From assembly GCF_006345805.1 (NCBI RefSeq), contig NC_043000.1, positions 146,444,001-146,508,000 of the forward strand: a stretch of 64,000 nt of DNA, in the 5' to 3' direction. This document shows positions 1 through 11,436 of the stretch, one piece after another. A program made the position numbers and the translations under genes. The stretch's first letter is position 1. Each line of letters starts with the position of its first letter. The DNA comes from Octopus sinensis. Taxonomy: Eukaryota. The notes beneath the pieces were generated by a model. That model did not search any database. It worked only from the letters and a program-made list of their open reading frames with translations, and was not told where the DNA came from.

Positions 1-852
1 TTTGAAGGTAAGAGCCAGTGGGGTGACCATTCCAATGAAATTAAACGTGATTTTTCTGAGAGATTACGCTACTGAGGATGAGTTCCTGAAGAGAATAGAC
101 AACATTCAATTCAAAATCTGGCGGGAATACTTCAAAATATGGGGTGTGACACCTCACACACCACTCCATAAACCTATAAATCTACAGCGGACGTAATACA
201 AAAAGAAAACGATAAAGTCAAAAGCTGAACTCTGGAAGGTGTCAGGAAGGCCCGTGCATACACAGCTAACACAAAAACACACATACAAGCGGTCACACTG
301 GCGTCCACACTGCCAAACATACAAACCACTCGCCCCAAACTTTGGAACTTTCAGGCGCTTTAAAACCCGACGCTAATATACTGCCTAGTGGTGAAAAAAC
401 AGAGCACATACATTTAGTATGTGTGGTCAATAATATGTACAGTACTAGATCTCTTGCAATTCATATTTGAATTTATCCTTACATATGTATCGTTGTGGCA
501 TACTAGCAAATGATTTTTACATTATTTGTATATAGTCATAGACTGCCGATTCTGCTCGTCTCCTATTCGTTTCAGGCACGTGATATTGATAATCAACTGA
601 AATTGCTCAACATTGATATCCACACTTCTTGAATAGAATTTGGTGTGAATTGTCTCCCATGTCAATGACTTTCAGATGTTTTAACACTCGGAGCGTTCCG
701 AGAGTAATCGCCAACTAATTTTTTTTCCGCAGCCTAACAGCGAACAGAGCTATCTTGTATAATGAATATACGTGGTCAATAATATATATATCTACACTCA
801 CAACACACACACACATACACATATATGTGTATGTATGTATGTATGTTATATA

Positions 853-917
<65 letters not shown>

Positions 918-1010
918 TATATATGAGCACACACACACACACATACATATATATATATTTTAAAAATATAAACACATGAAAGAATAGAGCTGAACGATAT
1001 ATAATATATT

Positions 1011-1335
1011 TATAATATTAATTCGAGACAAAACCACTATTTTGCAAAACAAACAAGGAAAGACTTAATCAATACATAAAATTTTAATATAATGTAAATA
1101 AACCGCCACTACAATCCTTTCATGTCTTCAAATGACATTCGTCAGGTGGATTTCCGATTTTCAAATCAGTTTCAATTTATGAAGTCTTTCCTTGTTTGTT
1201 TTGCAATAATATATTATTTTGCAAAATAGTGGTTTTGTCTCGAATTAATATTATATAATATTTTACTATAAAATTGGATTTAATCCTAAATCTTATTTTT
1301 CCCTGTAAATTTGGATTTATTCCCTAATATTTGTT
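1011..1335. mobile_element. Penelope-like non-autonomous element (family A): inverted arms plus 3' tail, hammerhead-like motif in left arm
   Basis: 1011-1066 (TATAATATTAATTCGAGACAAAACCACTATTTTGCAAAAC...GGAAAGACTT) is the reverse complement of ~1182-1256. The right arm continues into a ~80-nt tail ending in (TA)n. Confidence 0.65.
1106..1149 (-). ncRNA. Type I hammerhead ribozyme-like motif (stem III degenerate)
   Basis: Minus strand: CCAC CTGACGA ATGTC atttgaa GACAT GAAA ggattg TA GTGG. Stem I, core, 5-bp stem II, GAAA and UH are present; stem III does not pair well. Confidence 0.65.
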
Positions 1336-1352
1336 ATATATATATATCTATA

Positions 1353-1842
1353 CTAGCAGTATCGCCCGGCGTTGCTCGGGTTTGTAAGGGAAATAACTAT
1401 ATAAGCATTTTTAGAGAGTTACTTCCCTTATAAATTCGGGCTTTCTTAGCCATTTTTGTTTTGGTGTCTTCAAGCCATGAAGTCGTTGTTCTAAAAGAAC
1501 GCTGGTTTCCTTCACAACGCATTACGACGTTGATTTCTTACACTCCTTCCCCACAGCTTCACGAGGGAGGGAAAGGGGAGAAGCAAACAGGTGCAGCTGT
1601 GAGCGTGGACGCCAACTCCGCCGCCATCGACACACGATGCTTTTATGCATTAAAATGGAATAAAAAATGATGTTAAATTATTTTAAAATCGTAGACTCAT
1701 CGTTGACGCGCGCTAATAGTCAGACGGGCTCGATATGCATCACGACTATAAGATACCCGAATTTGGTTAAACTGCACCGCAAAATGTGGGAGTAGTTAGG
1801 AATCTAAATCGAAGGGGACAGACACTCACACAACTACAGTTT
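1353..1842 (-). mobile_element. Non-autonomous Helitron, copy 1 (extreme 5' end lost)
   Basis: Minus-strand 3' end is hairpin CCCGAGCAACGCCGGG, then CGATACTG-CTAG (1353-1356), followed by T. Near-identical inverted match to 2287-2780. Confidence 0.85.
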
Positions 1843-2275
1843 AACCAAATTCGGGTATCTTATAGTCGTAATTCATATCGAGCCCGTCTGGCTATTAACG
1901 CGCGTCTACGATGAGTCTACGATTTTTAAAATAATTTAACATCATTTTTTATTCCATTTTAATGCATAATTTTTCGTGTGTCGATGGCGGCGGAGTTGGC
2001 GTCCACGGTCACACCTGCACCTGTTTGCTTCTCCCCCTTCTTCCCTCCCTCGTGAAGCTGTGGGGAAGGGAGTGTAAGGAAATCAACGTCGTAAAGCGTT
2101 GTCAAGGAGACCAGTGTTCTTTTAGAACAAAGACACTGAGTCAACGATTAAAAAAAAAAAATTATCATCATTTTTTATTCCATTTTTAATGCATTTTTTT
2201 TTGCTATAACTCTCTAAAAATGCTTATATAGTTATTTCCCTTACAAACCCGAGCAACGCCGGGCGATACTGCTAG
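1837..2275 (+). mobile_element. Non-autonomous Helitron, copy 2 (5'-truncated variant)
   Basis: Same family; ends CCCGAGCAACGCCGGGCGATACTGCTAG at 2275. Confidence 0.85.
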
Positions 2276-2779
2276 TCTATATATATAAAACTCTAGTTGT
2301 GTGAGTGTCTGTCCCCTTCGATTTAGATTTCTAACTCCTGCCACATTTTGCGGTGCAGTTTAACCAAATTCGGGTATCTTATAGTCGTGATTCATATCAA
2401 GCCCGTCTGACTATTAGCGCGCGTCAACGATGAGTCTACGATTTTAAAAATAATTTAACATCATTTTTTATTCCATTTTAATGCATAAAATGCATTTTGT
2501 GTCGATGGCGGCGGAGTTGGCGTCCACGCTCACAGCTGCACCTGTTTGCTTCTCCCCCTTCCCTCCCTCGTGAAGCTGTGGGGAAGGGAGTGTAAAGAAA
2601 TCAACGTCGTAATGCGTTGTGAAGGAACCAGCGTTCTTTTAGAACAACGACTTCATGGCTTGAAGACACCAAAACAAAAATGGCTAAGAAAGCCCGAATT
2701 TATAAGGGAAGTAACTCTCTAAAAATGCTTATATAGTTATTTCCCTTACAAACCCGAACAACGCCGGGCGATACTGCTA

Positions 2780-2780
<1 letters not shown>
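2276..2780 (+). mobile_element. Non-autonomous Helitron, copy 3 (complete)
   Basis: Starts TC-TATATATATAAAAC at 2276; ends with hairpin plus CTAG at 2777-2780, followed by T. Confidence 0.9.
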
Positions 2781-2824
<44 letters not shown>

Positions 2825-2849
2825 AATATGTTACATTACTCGATAGTCA

Positions 2850-2909
2850 AGATAAAACTCTGAGTTTCAGATGCCGAAGTGGGGATCCACGACATCTCTT
2901 CGGTTATCT
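2850..2909 (-). ncRNA. Type I hammerhead ribozyme variant (U4C core)
   Basis: Minus: AGATAA CCGAAGA GATGTCG tggatccccactt CGGCATC t GAAA CTC a GAG TT TTATCT. Confidence 0.65.
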
Positions 2910-3474
2910 GGCTATTTGAAAATGCTATGAAAAAATACCGTTATACAAAGGGAAATTACTGTGTTATAACTCTGCTTGCCTGCGTACTTATACATCGCTC
3001 GCATTTTTCGCCATAAACATTATACAAAAATACATAAAAAAATATATTAAAAATATATAAAAATATATAAAATCTTCTTGAGACATAACATAGAAAGCAT
3101 GTTCTATCTGTTTTCTTTAGGGGACCAAAAACGTAACAGCGGAAGGTGCGGTCTATGCGACATGGAGAGATGGCTTATCTGGAAAAGCACTTAGACCCTA
3201 CTACATGTCTAAACACAAGGACAGAACTTTTCGGATCATGCCCACATGTGACTAAATTTCTGTTACGTTTTGGTCCCCTAAAAAACAGATAGAACATGCT
3301 TTCTACGTTATGTCCCAAGAAGATTTTATATATTTTTATATATTTTTTATGTATTTTTATATAATTTTTATGGCGAAAAATGCGAGCGATGTATAAGTAC
3401 ACAGGCAAGCAGAGTTATAACACAGTAATTTCCCTTTGTATAACGGTATTTTTTCATAGCGTTTTCAAATAGCC

Positions 3475-3534
3475 AGATAACCGAAGAGATGTCGTGGATT
3501 CCCACTTCAGCATCTGAAACTCAGAGTTTTATCT
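3475..3534 (+). ncRNA. Type I hammerhead ribozyme variant (U4C core)
   Basis: AGATAA CCGAAGA GATG...CATC t GAAA CTC a GAG TT TTATCT: 6-bp stem I, stem II, short stem III. Confidence 0.65.
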
Positions 3535-3826
3535 TGACTATCGAGTAATGTAACATATTATTGTATAGATAAATTTCCTCTATTTACATAATATTGAGGT
3601 CTCTTTCTTTCTTTTGTTATCTTACCGTTTTACCAATATATATATATATATATATATGTGTGGTTTTACTTTTTATCTTATATTAAACTTTTTAATGCTT
3701 TTTAATAGTTATATATATTTAATATAAAAAATAAATAAATAAACGAAAATAAAATTATAAATATAAATTAATAATTCTAATTCTAAATTTGAATAATTTA
3801 GATTTTTAAATTTTATATTTTATATA

Positions 3827-4204
3827 TACTCTTTACTCTTTTACTCTTTCACTTCTTTCAGTCATTTGACTGCAGCCATGCTGGAGCACCGCCTTTAATC
3901 GAGCAACTCGACCCCGGGACTTATTCTTTTGTTAGCCCAGTACTTATTCTATCGGTCTCTTTTGCCGAACCGCTAAGTAACGGGGACATAAACACACCAG
4001 CATCGGTTGTCAAGCAATGCTAGGGGGACAAACAGACACACAAACACACACACATACATATATATATATATACATATATACGACAGGCTTCTTTCAGTTT
4101 CCGTCTACCAAATCCATTCACAAGGCATTGGTCGGCCCGGGGACTGAACCCGGAACCATGTGGTTGGTTAGCAAGCTACTTACCACACAGCCACTCCTGC
4201 GCCT
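3827..4204 (-). mobile_element. tRNA-derived SINE family 1 (internal microsatellite, ...GACTGAAACAAG(TAAAAGAG)n tail), internally deleted
   Basis: A-box TGGCTGTGTGG, B-box-like GGTTCAGTCC; aligns with copies at 13950, 22292 and 35940. Confidence 0.85.
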
Positions 4205-4300
4205 ATATATTGTACATTATATTAATTATTTTTTATTTTTATGTTTTGGTTTGTGTTTTTCATTGATTGATTGCCTAATAGTGGTCTTTCTCTAATTTAA

Positions 4301-4342
<42 letters not shown>

Positions 4343-4438
4343 GTACTTCATTAGTAAAGCTCTTGTATTCAAGTACTATTTTCCCCACCTTGTTTCACAT
4401 TTCTGTGCTTACTCGGGAACACACACACACACACACTA

Positions 4439-4476
<38 letters not shown>

Positions 4477-4567
4477 TATTAATATATATAATATATATGT
4501 ATAATTCTATATATATATATATATGTATAGCAAGTTTGTAACCTATTTATATGTTTGAAATATTGCT

Positions 4568-4955
4568 TTCGAATTTTGGCACGAAGAACGATTGGGGGAG
4601 ATGTCAAATCGATTACATTTACCCTAGTCCTCACCTCCATACTGATTTGATCCATACCGAATGATGAAAGGCAAAGTCGACCTCACCGGAATTTGAACTC
4701 AGAACGTAAAGACGGACGAAATACCCATTTCTTTATTACCCACAAGGGGCTAAACATAGAGGGAACATACAAGGACAGACTTGGGTATTAAATCGATTAC
4801 ATTAAGCCCAGTGCGGAACTGGTACTTAATTTATCGACTTCGAAAGGATGAAGGGCAAATTCGACCTCGGCGGAATTTGAACTCACAACGTAACGACAGA
4901 CGAAATACCGCTAAGCATTTTGCCCGGCATGTTAACGAGTTTGGCAGCTCGCAGC
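4568..4955 (-). mobile_element. tRNA-derived SINE family 2 (Meta-like core), dimer
   Basis: Two consecutive units containing GAGTTCAAATTCCG..GAGGTCGA..TTGCC.TTCATC on the minus strand. Confidence 0.85.
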
Positions 4956-5869
4956 TATGTATTGCCTCAAATATTAAAAACAGTAAACAGAACAAAGACA
5001 AACGGGGTGTTCTCAGCGATGGGGGTCATTAAAAATGAAGAAACGTAGAAAAGGCAATATTGATAAATAAAAAAATAGGCAAGACAAATACGCTATACAA
5101 ATACGGCAGAGAAGAATTGCTTTTAACAGATCAACGAAGTTAGAAAGAATGTGTTTATTCAATATTCTACCTTTTAAAGCTAGAGATAAGATTCAATCGG
5201 GCTTATTGCTAGAGATGAATTATTAATAAACTCTTCTGCACTCAAGATCGTACCTAATAATGAGGATGTAAGCTAATTCCCTTCTCAATCAAACAATGCT
5301 TCGCATGAGGGATTTAATTCCCCCCTTTGTAATGTTCCATGAAGGTATGATAAGTTCTCTTTAAAAGATGTATGATAATCTTGTATATCCATTGATCCTT
5401 GATCAGTATATATTCCTCTATTTTACTACCACTTTCGTAAATTATAGAATGAAAATAATGCTAACATATCTATATATATGTAAAGTTGCTGTACAATATT
5501 GCATGAAACACATTTGCCATCGAAGTTATTGGAATGAATTGAATTATAAACGCGTGTTTGTGTGGGCCATTCCCTTTAACACACAAACTCATACACATAG
5601 ATTGCACATATCTCGATCAATAAAATGTATGATATGCTTTATATTTCAAATATAAATGTATTAGCGGCAAATTATGCAATAAACAAGTAACATATGGATC
5701 AATATGTTATGGGAGAAGGCGGCTGATATAAGCAAATGCTCAGTCCCCACATCTTCCACTAATTAACTTCTATATCCATTTCAATTTTGATGTATCACTG
5801 CTTTACATATTTCTATGTATATGTGTGTGTGTATGTATGCATGTCTCTTCTAATTTTTTTTATTATTAT

Positions 5870-7365
5870 AAATCTTACACTGAGGATGGAACAGGTGTCC
5901 AACAAACATTAATGCTCCATTTTTGGGATGTAGTTAACACAGACAAATTCACATTTGGAACTTGAGAAAAAATTTTGCATATTTTTACTATTCCATTCAC
6001 AGTTTGGACTTATAATGTGTGAATTAGCCCGTCAATTTCTCTTTCTGAAAATCCCAGTTTATCCAGATTCTCCTTTAAGTATTTACTAACAAATCCTAGT
6101 GCTCCAATTATTAGTGGTATGAATATGAATTCATAGTCTGGATATGGAAGCTGTGGGTTTCGAAGCTGTTGTCCATAGATATCCTCTTTTTCTTTGATTT
6201 TCAAAGAGATATTTATATCTGCAGGGCAGCTGACCCCTATGATCATACATACCTTTGCCACTCTCTCCCAAACAACAATATCCGGCCTGTTATGCTTACA
6301 TTTGACAGACGTTTTGATGTGAATTCTCCACAAGTATTCCTTGAGTTGGTGTTTATGAATGTATTCCATAACAGATGGATTTTATAACTTTATTTCAGGA
6401 TAGTCTTTTCTGCGGATGACATTGTAAATTGTTTTTACAACAAGATCGTGACGCATAGGGAGGTAGAACCGTGATGACATTTTAAGACAGCTGTTAATCA
6501 AATGCAAAATGTCTTCAAAAGAAACACGACACCATGTACTTTGTGGCGATCTCCTGTTCCTGGATTGCAAACGTTTAGCCTTCAAAGTGTGATGTGATAT
6601 AATGGTCTTGTGTCCAAGAGAGGCTGCACGTTGTGTCAATTCTATCTTCTTCAATCTTCCGGGCAACATACCCATGCATGGTCTTTTTTTATATGCTGAG
6701 TGCCTTCCATCCAGGTCTTCTCTACGTTAAGAGAGCCCAGCTGTTATGGATCTGTATAGGAAATCATCAGGAAGAGAGTGTTTCTTGGGGAGTTCACTGC
6801 CAAGTAGTACAATGTTGCTCACTTCACTCTTCAGCACTGCATTGATATATATATTTTTTTGCTGCTATTGCTTAGCAGGTGCTGCCTGAGTGATAACATA
6901 TGGCATTCGAAGGCTGTCTGCACTGAACTCAGGCCTCTACCACCTCCATTTCTTCTTAGGTAGTGCCTGTCACAATCACTGTTTCTGTGGAAGTCCCCAG
7001 TTGATATCAGGATGATTTTGCGGGTTTTGATATCTATGGAGTGGATTACTTCTGCAGATCAATCAAGTATCTCAAATGTTGGGATGAGCGCTCGTTCTGT
7101 AAATGCATTATGAGATATTGTTTTGTTGTAAAAGGAGAATTCTGTCATATTTTCCTAAGCCTGATGTAATATTCTCGGGTCACACTATCTTTATTCACAG
7201 TTCGTTCATATGATACATTTTCGTCTATGTCTAGGCAGTTGTAACATTCTTTGTGTGGAATGGGGGAGGTAGAGAGACCGTTGATGCACAGGTTTTGGGT
7301 TTGGGGGATTGACTTACCTCCTTCTATAACCAAATATTAACATTTCTTTTGGGCAAATTCCATGC
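5870..7365 (-). pseudogene. Degraded RLE-type non-LTR retrotransposon (R4/Dong-like), 3' part
   Basis: Fragments HLINSC...RHD (zinc knuckle), NRPDIVVW...CMIIGVSCP (PD-(D/E)xK endonuclease) and IPLIIGALG; frameshifts and stops. Confidence 0.85.
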
Positions 7366-7882
7366 CTAAATTAGTTGAAACTGTTATTAATTGAAGTTGT
7401 TTTTTTATGTATGTATGTATGTATGTATGTATGTATGTATGTATGTATGTATGCATGTACGTACGTACGTACAGTGGATTGCACTATTGCATCACGTGAT
7501 TTAACCGTAAATTCATTACAAACTACTTTCGTCGCTAGTAGCTACTTTACAAAGATCCCACTGACTGTTGCGTAAGTGTTAAACTATATCCTTTTTGACT
7601 GATTTTCAATGTGGCATTCGGTATTTGGCTACTTCGTGAAGATGATCACCGACATACGGTGAAATCACGTGATAGAACAGCACCCCCTGCCGGCGCTGAC
7701 GAAATTTTGTCAACTGATATAATCTGTGCTGTTTAAATATATGTCGTCTACGCAAGATGATTCTTCGGGATATTTACCGCAACACAGCCAGGATAGGTTG
7801 GATGCACCACTAATTAATATTTGTTACAAAGGCTGCTTCTGTCGCTAATAGCTAAAACATTAGTTATATATGTATTAAATAT

Positions 7883-8272
7883 ATAATAAATTAATAAATA
7901 AATAAAAAAATATGCATATATACATACATATATGTACGTACCTACCTCTACATGTATATATACATGCATATATGGGTACAGGACACCATAAAAATGTCGA
8001 ACACAATGAGAAACGAAAACATAAACACAAAATCAAGGAAATGGACATTTTTCTTAAACAACGAAAACATAGAGTACAGGATATCCAAAAGAAGGAAAAT
8101 TCCCCTTCTTCAGTCGCCTTTGTTTCATCTACTCCACGTTTCGAAGGTCAAGGTGATACATGACTTTAATGAAACTTTTCTTCCCGCGAAAATCAAATTA
8201 AATAAAATTTGAGTTTTTTTGCGGAGGGGTAAAAATATGCATATGTTTTATTTATTTATTAATTTATCATTA
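7883..8272. repeat. Unclassified repeat bounded by ~35-bp AT-rich inverted repeats
   Basis: ATAAATTAATAAATAAATAAAA..ATATGCATAT (7886-7919) versus ATATGCATATGTTTTATTTATTTATTAATTTAT (8235-8267). Confidence 0.45.
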
Positions 8273-8280
8273 AATATATG

Positions 8281-8669
8281 TGGAGGCGCAATGGCCCAGT
8301 GGTTAGGGCAGTGGACTCGCGGTCATAGGATCGCGGTTTCGATTCCCAGTGCGGGCGTTGTGAGTGTTTATTGAGCCAAAACACCTAAAGCTCCACGAAG
8401 CTCCGGCAGGGGATGGTGGTGATCCCTGCTGTACTCTTTCGCCACAACTTTCTCTCACTCTTACTTCCTGTTTCTGTTGCACCTGTACTTCAAGGGGCCG
8501 GCCTTGTCACTCTCTGTGTCACGCTGAATATCCCGAGAACTACGTTAAGGGTACACGTGTCTGTGGAGTGCTCAGCCACTTACACGTTAATTTCACGAGC
8601 AGGCTGTTCCGTTGATTCGGATCAACCGGAACCCTCGTCGTCGTAACCGACGGAGTGCTTCCACCACCA
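8281..8669 (+). mobile_element. tRNA-derived SINE family 3 (head H1 + tail T1), full length
   Basis: A-box TGGCCCAGTGG, B-box GTTTCGATTCC. Head and body shared with 48378/59558; tail shared with 63593. Confidence 0.9.
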
Positions 8670-8875
8670 TTAAATATATATGTATGTATACGAATGTATC
8701 TATGTATGTATGCTAATGACTATATATATATATATATATATGTATGGCATTATTCAGTATTATTTCAATATTTCTTGCCAATAGAGAAAGAGATTGTTTC
8801 TAAGCTAGATCGAAGGCTTCTTAATTGGAATTTGAAATATATCAACAGGGTATTTTCGCATATACGTATGTTTGC

Positions 8876-8945
8876 GTGCAGAATTGTCTGTTTTGCGCAT
8901 GTGCAGAATTGTCTGTTTTGCGCATGTGCAGAATTGTCTGTTTTG
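8876..8945 (+). repeat. 25-bp tandem repeat, ~2.8 copies
   Basis: GTGCAGAATTGTCTGTTTTGCGCAT repeated. Confidence 0.9.
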
Positions 8946-9166
8946 TTTTATGCATGTATTTCTATACATATACCTGCACGTCTAGACATCCGCACATAAA
9001 CTTAAATTATATGTGCGTGTGTGTGTTTGAGTGAGTGTGTGTGTTTGTGTGTTTATGTATGTATGTCATGATTTGTAGGGCTGTTTGGTCTTATTTTTGT
9101 CTATCTTTTGGCATTTGTATATTCTATCTCATGACACATACATTAAAGAGGGGACAATAATATATA

Positions 9167-9388
9167 TTTCTTTACTACCCACAAGGGGCTAAACATAGAG
9201 AGGACAAACAAGGACAGACAAAGGGGTTAAGTCGATTACATCGACCCCAGTGCGAAACTGGTACTTTATTTATCGACCCGAAAGGATGAAAGGCAAAGTC
9301 AACCTCGGCGGAATTTGAACTCAGAAAGTAACGACAGACGAAATACCGCTAAGCATTTCGCCCGGCGCGCTAACGTTTCTGCCACCTT
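9167..9388 (-). mobile_element. SINE family 2 monomer
   Basis: Matches the reverse complement of 51937-52176. Confidence 0.9.
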
Positions 9389-9792
9389 TATCAATAAAAT
9401 CTGAGTTAAAATATAATGTCTTCAGTCAAGGTTTTAAGCTGGTATATCTTTTATGTACCGGCTTAACGACGGCAGCTATAAACTTTTGCTTTAAAATATA
9501 CAAAAAGCGTATGTTCCGATTCCGCTAATGGTGTTAATCTAGACCAGAAACATCAAACTAAAACGGAAATTAAATATATAGGAATTAAGGAACGCAATAG
9601 TTAAAGTGTCAATCACAATGAAACATCAATTCAAAATTAATTTTTGATTGAGAATAGAAATAGTTTCTTTACCTTTTTGTTTCTTGATTGATGTCTGTTT
9701 CCATTTCTTTCATGCTTTCACACTTTACATCCTTACACACATTTGTCCTTTTCCTTCTACCTGCCTTTCTCTCTCTCTCCCTCTCTCTCTCT

Positions 9793-9835
<43 letters not shown>

Positions 9836-10108
9836 GTCTCTCTCTTTCATTTCATAATTTTCAATTATTTGCTTGCCTCTACCTGTAAATTTCCATGTAA
9901 AAAAATTTATCACTTCACATTTATTCACGCTTTGCTCATGCATATATGGCAATACGTGTGTGTGTGTGTTCGTAGGCGTGTGCATATGCATATGTGCGCG
10001 TATGTGTGAGAGTGCATATGTGTGTATCAATATATATAAATTATATGCACACTCTTATTTACATTATTTACAATTGACAGATATTTGTCCTCGTCTTGTT
10101 TGTTGTTA

Positions 10109-10155
10109 ACACAACGTTTCGGCTGATATTATACCCTCCAGATTTCATCAGGTGT
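10109..10155 (-). ncRNA. Type I hammerhead ribozyme, copy with damaged stem II
   Basis: Minus: ACAC CTGATGA a ATCTG...CAGCC GAAA CG TT GTGT; two base pairs of stem II lost. Confidence 0.55.
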
Positions 10156-10330
10156 CTTGGGGTAATTTCGAACCTGGGTTCTCATTCCTAATGTATTTTC
10201 GATGTTGTTGTTGTTGTTGTTGTTGTCCAGACCACGACACCATATGCCCGTGGACATACGGCGTAGTGGTTAGAAGCGCAAGCAACTAACCCCAAGATTC
10301 CGAGTTCGATTCCAGGCAGTGATCTGAATG

Positions 10331-10397
<67 letters not shown>

Positions 10398-10465
10398 TAA
10401 TAACAACAACAACAACAACGGAAAATACCTTAGGAATGAGAACCCAGGTTCGAAATTTCCCCAAG

Positions 10466-10509
10466 ACACCTGATGAAGGCTGGAGGGTATATCAGCCGAA
10501 ACGTTGTGT
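10466..10509 (+). ncRNA. Minimal type I hammerhead ribozyme
   Basis: ACAC CTGATGA a GGCTG gagggtatat CAGCC GAAA CG TT GTGT: canonical core, palindromic AACGTT in place of stem III. Confidence 0.85.
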
Positions 10510-11436
10510 TAACAACAAACAAGATGAGGACAAAAATCCGTCAATCGTAAATAATGTAAATAATGTACATAATTTCTCATCTCTTAAATATAGAACTGCA
10601 ATATGCACACTATATATACATATGTATGTGTATAAAGACACATACATATATAAAGTAACGATTATTTGCCAACCTATTGTTTGGGGCGAATGCTACTGTT
10701 ATTTAACGCCAGCAGACATTGTCTCCAACTGGCTATACGACACACGATCTGTGTCCATATATTTTCGAACCCCCACCCAGCACAAAGCAGTATCTGTGGA
10801 CCGTACGGTTTCAGGGTTATTTTTTCTTCATCGGCACAGAATTGAGATGGCGCTTCTAATCACCCGTTCGAAAATATATAATTTTCTAAGTGACAAACAC
10901 TTACTGATCTAATAAATAGAAACATGGTTGTCCCTAAATTTTTCAACGAGAGAAATTGAGTAGCAGCATTTTAAAGTAATGTTTATTTGTAAACCTAATA
11001 TGGCAGTCCCGTTTGGGGCGAATGCTACTGGCTATATATACATACACATATCATATATTGAAGCCATCCTCATCAAAATATGACAGATCGTCAGGTCATC
11101 TCTCACGTATGAGTGATGTTAATATTCCGAAACAACTTCTCTGTATTCCATTTTCTCGCCCTCTGTCTCTCCCTGTCTCTTTCTCCCCCTCTCTCTCTCT
11201 TTAGCTTTTAGAGAAGGAATAAAGTAGTTATAGATGTGCTACGTTTGTGTATTATCGTGGTATAACATGACCGTGAGAAAATAACTTCTCTTTCGAACCA
11301 CATAGCTAATGATTCTGTACCACTGTATGGCACCACGGCAATTGTCTTTTACTAAAGTCCCGCGTCGAGCAAAGCCTTGTGGGTGAATTTGGTAGACTGA
11401 AACAGTGTGCAAACCTGCTGAATATGCATATGTCTG

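Larger units (their letters stand above)
2821..3636 (+). mobile_element. Penelope-like non-autonomous element (family B): ~310-bp inverted arms, each with a hammerhead variant
   Basis: 2821-3139 is the reverse complement of 3259-3563, with a ~120-bp spacer. The right arm extends ~70 nt further. Flanked by (TA)n on both sides. Confidence 0.75.
10055..10600 (+). mobile_element. tRNA-headed, hammerhead-bearing element (family C) with inverted upstream copy
   Basis: A-box CGGCGTAGTGG (10259-10269), B-box GAGTTCGATTCC (10302-10313), (AAT)n/(AAC)n linker, hammerhead at 10466-10509, tail to ~10600. 10055-10226 is the reverse complement of ~10400-10562. Confidence 0.8.

Noticed and set aside
72-120. 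CTGAGGA/CTGAAGA words (also ~5880 and ~14540)
   Set aside because: No correctly placed stem II + GAAA + stem I; expected by chance.
2-196. 64-aa open frame at the window edge
   Set aside because: Truncated and unrecognisable; may be the end of an upstream element but cannot be assigned.
8100-8152. Possible type II hammerhead on the minus strand (GAAAC...CTGAAGA)
   Set aside because: Core words are present but stems I and III do not pair convincingly.
8281-8360. tRNA gene candidates (also 10252, 31240, 55933, 63593)
   Set aside because: A/B boxes are present but there is no closed acceptor stem, and each runs into a repeated SINE body.
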